Below, one piece after another: positions 62,961 through 64,000 of a stretch of DNA of 64,000 nucleotides. Source of the DNA: Narcine bancroftii (taxonomy: Eukaryota); assembly GCF_036971445.1 (NCBI RefSeq), contig NC_091481.1, forward strand, positions 83,328,001-83,392,000, read 5' to 3'. Position 1 is the first letter of the stretch. The number at the start of each line of letters is the position of its first letter. The notes under the pieces are model-generated. The model made no database searches. It was not told the origin of the DNA and saw only the letters and a list, made by a program, of their open reading frames with translations. The translations under genes and the position numbers were made by a program.

Positions 62961-63720
62961 AAGTCACCTTTATGTATCATTCGCAACTTGCTCACACAGT
63001 AAAGACGAGATAGTGTTTCTCCAGGACCATGAAGTAGATTTACATCAATATGTTAGAATAGAAGTTAAACACATTAAAATATTATGATGTCTACAGTAAA
63101 AGTCCACGGTTCACTATCCAGATATGTTCTGGGAATTCAGGAGCCTGATGGGTTGGGGTAAAAATCTGTTGTTCAATCTGGACATAAGGACCCGAGTGCT
63201 ACGGTACCTCATACCAGATAGCAGAAGGGAGAACAGTCTACATGAGGGGTGTGTGGCGTCATTCACAATGTTTATTGCCTCTCGTCTGCATCGAGTGTTG
63301 TAGGTGTCCTTCAAGCTGGGAAGAGAGGCCCCAATGATCTTTTCCGCTCACTTCACTACCCTCTGCAGGGTCTTGCGGTCCAAGGTGATACAGCTTCCAA
63401 ACCAGGCAGTGATGCAGTTGCCCAAGATACTCTCAATACATCCTCTTTAGTACATAATGAGGATGGAGGGTGGCAGATGAACTTTCCTCAGCCTTCGCAG
63501 GGAGTAGAGGCGCTGCTAGGCTTTCTTGGTTATGGAGCTGGTGTTAAGGGACCAGGTGAGATCCTCCATCAAGTACACTCAAAGGAACTTGATACTCATG
63601 ACGACCTCAATGGTCGAGCCACCAGTGGTCAGTGGAGCATGGTTCCCCCCCCCCCCCCCCCCCCCTCCACCAGACACATCGGGCCCTCATGAGGTCAACA
63701 ACCATCTCTTTTGCTTTATT
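62957..63720 (-). mobile_element. Rex1/Babar-type LINE 3' fragment
   Basis: Same family as 43690-44420, with an AAGTC-type tail. Confidence 0.8.
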
Positions 63721-64000
63721 CAATATTTTCCAAACCAAAGAAATAATTGAATGGAAAAATGACACAGCTGTGGCTGACAAGAGAGATCAAAACCAATATA
63801 AAAGTTTAAAAAAACAGGCAAAGATGAAAGCAAAAATTAGTGGGAAGATAAAGAACTAGGCAACTTTTAGAAGCATTCAGAAGGCAACTAAGAAAGTCAT
63901 TAGGAAAGAAAAGATGAACTTTGAAAGGAGACTAATAAATAAGATCAAAACAATGCTAAAAGGTTTTTAAAGTATATTAAGAGTTAAAAAAGAGGAAAGA

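Noticed and set aside
1-64000. Prokaryotic systems (CRISPR arrays, operons, defence islands) or immunoglobulin V segments behind the octamers
   Set aside because: The sequence is intron-containing vertebrate DNA. I saw no repeat-spacer arrays, Ig domains or paired heptamer-nonamer signals.

Overview
Repeat-rich vertebrate genomic DNA, most likely from a cartilaginous fish (inferred from the repeat complement and the receptor family; not proven). There is one 152-N assembly gap at 30829-30980. (1) Positions 3055-12108 hold the last six coding exons of a beta-IV spectrin (SPTBN4) orthologue, reconstructed by hand with phase-consistent GT-AG introns. (2) Positions ~17.3-21.8 kb on the minus strand hold a chain of phase-compatible small exons that may be an unannotated, partly decayed cysteine-rich gene. 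(3) Positions 29-61 kb hold a head-to-tail array of four intact two-exon, 322-aa GPR139-like class A GPCR genes, plus a diverged fifth exon 1 with no partner exon. All four intact copies share an octamer (ATTTGCAT) plus TATA-type promoter, and the orphan exon has a POU4-type motif. Copy-specific changes cluster in short patches at ligand-pocket and extracellular positions, and the units are mosaics of one another. This is the best candidate for an undescribed system: a diversifying, POU-regulated receptor repertoire. The rest is CR1, Rex/Babar, L1, RTE and Penelope retroelements (some with hammerhead-ribozyme cores), solo LTRs, SINEs including a 5S-derived one, and DNA-transposon relics. Repeat boundaries are approximate; exon boundaries were read base by base.
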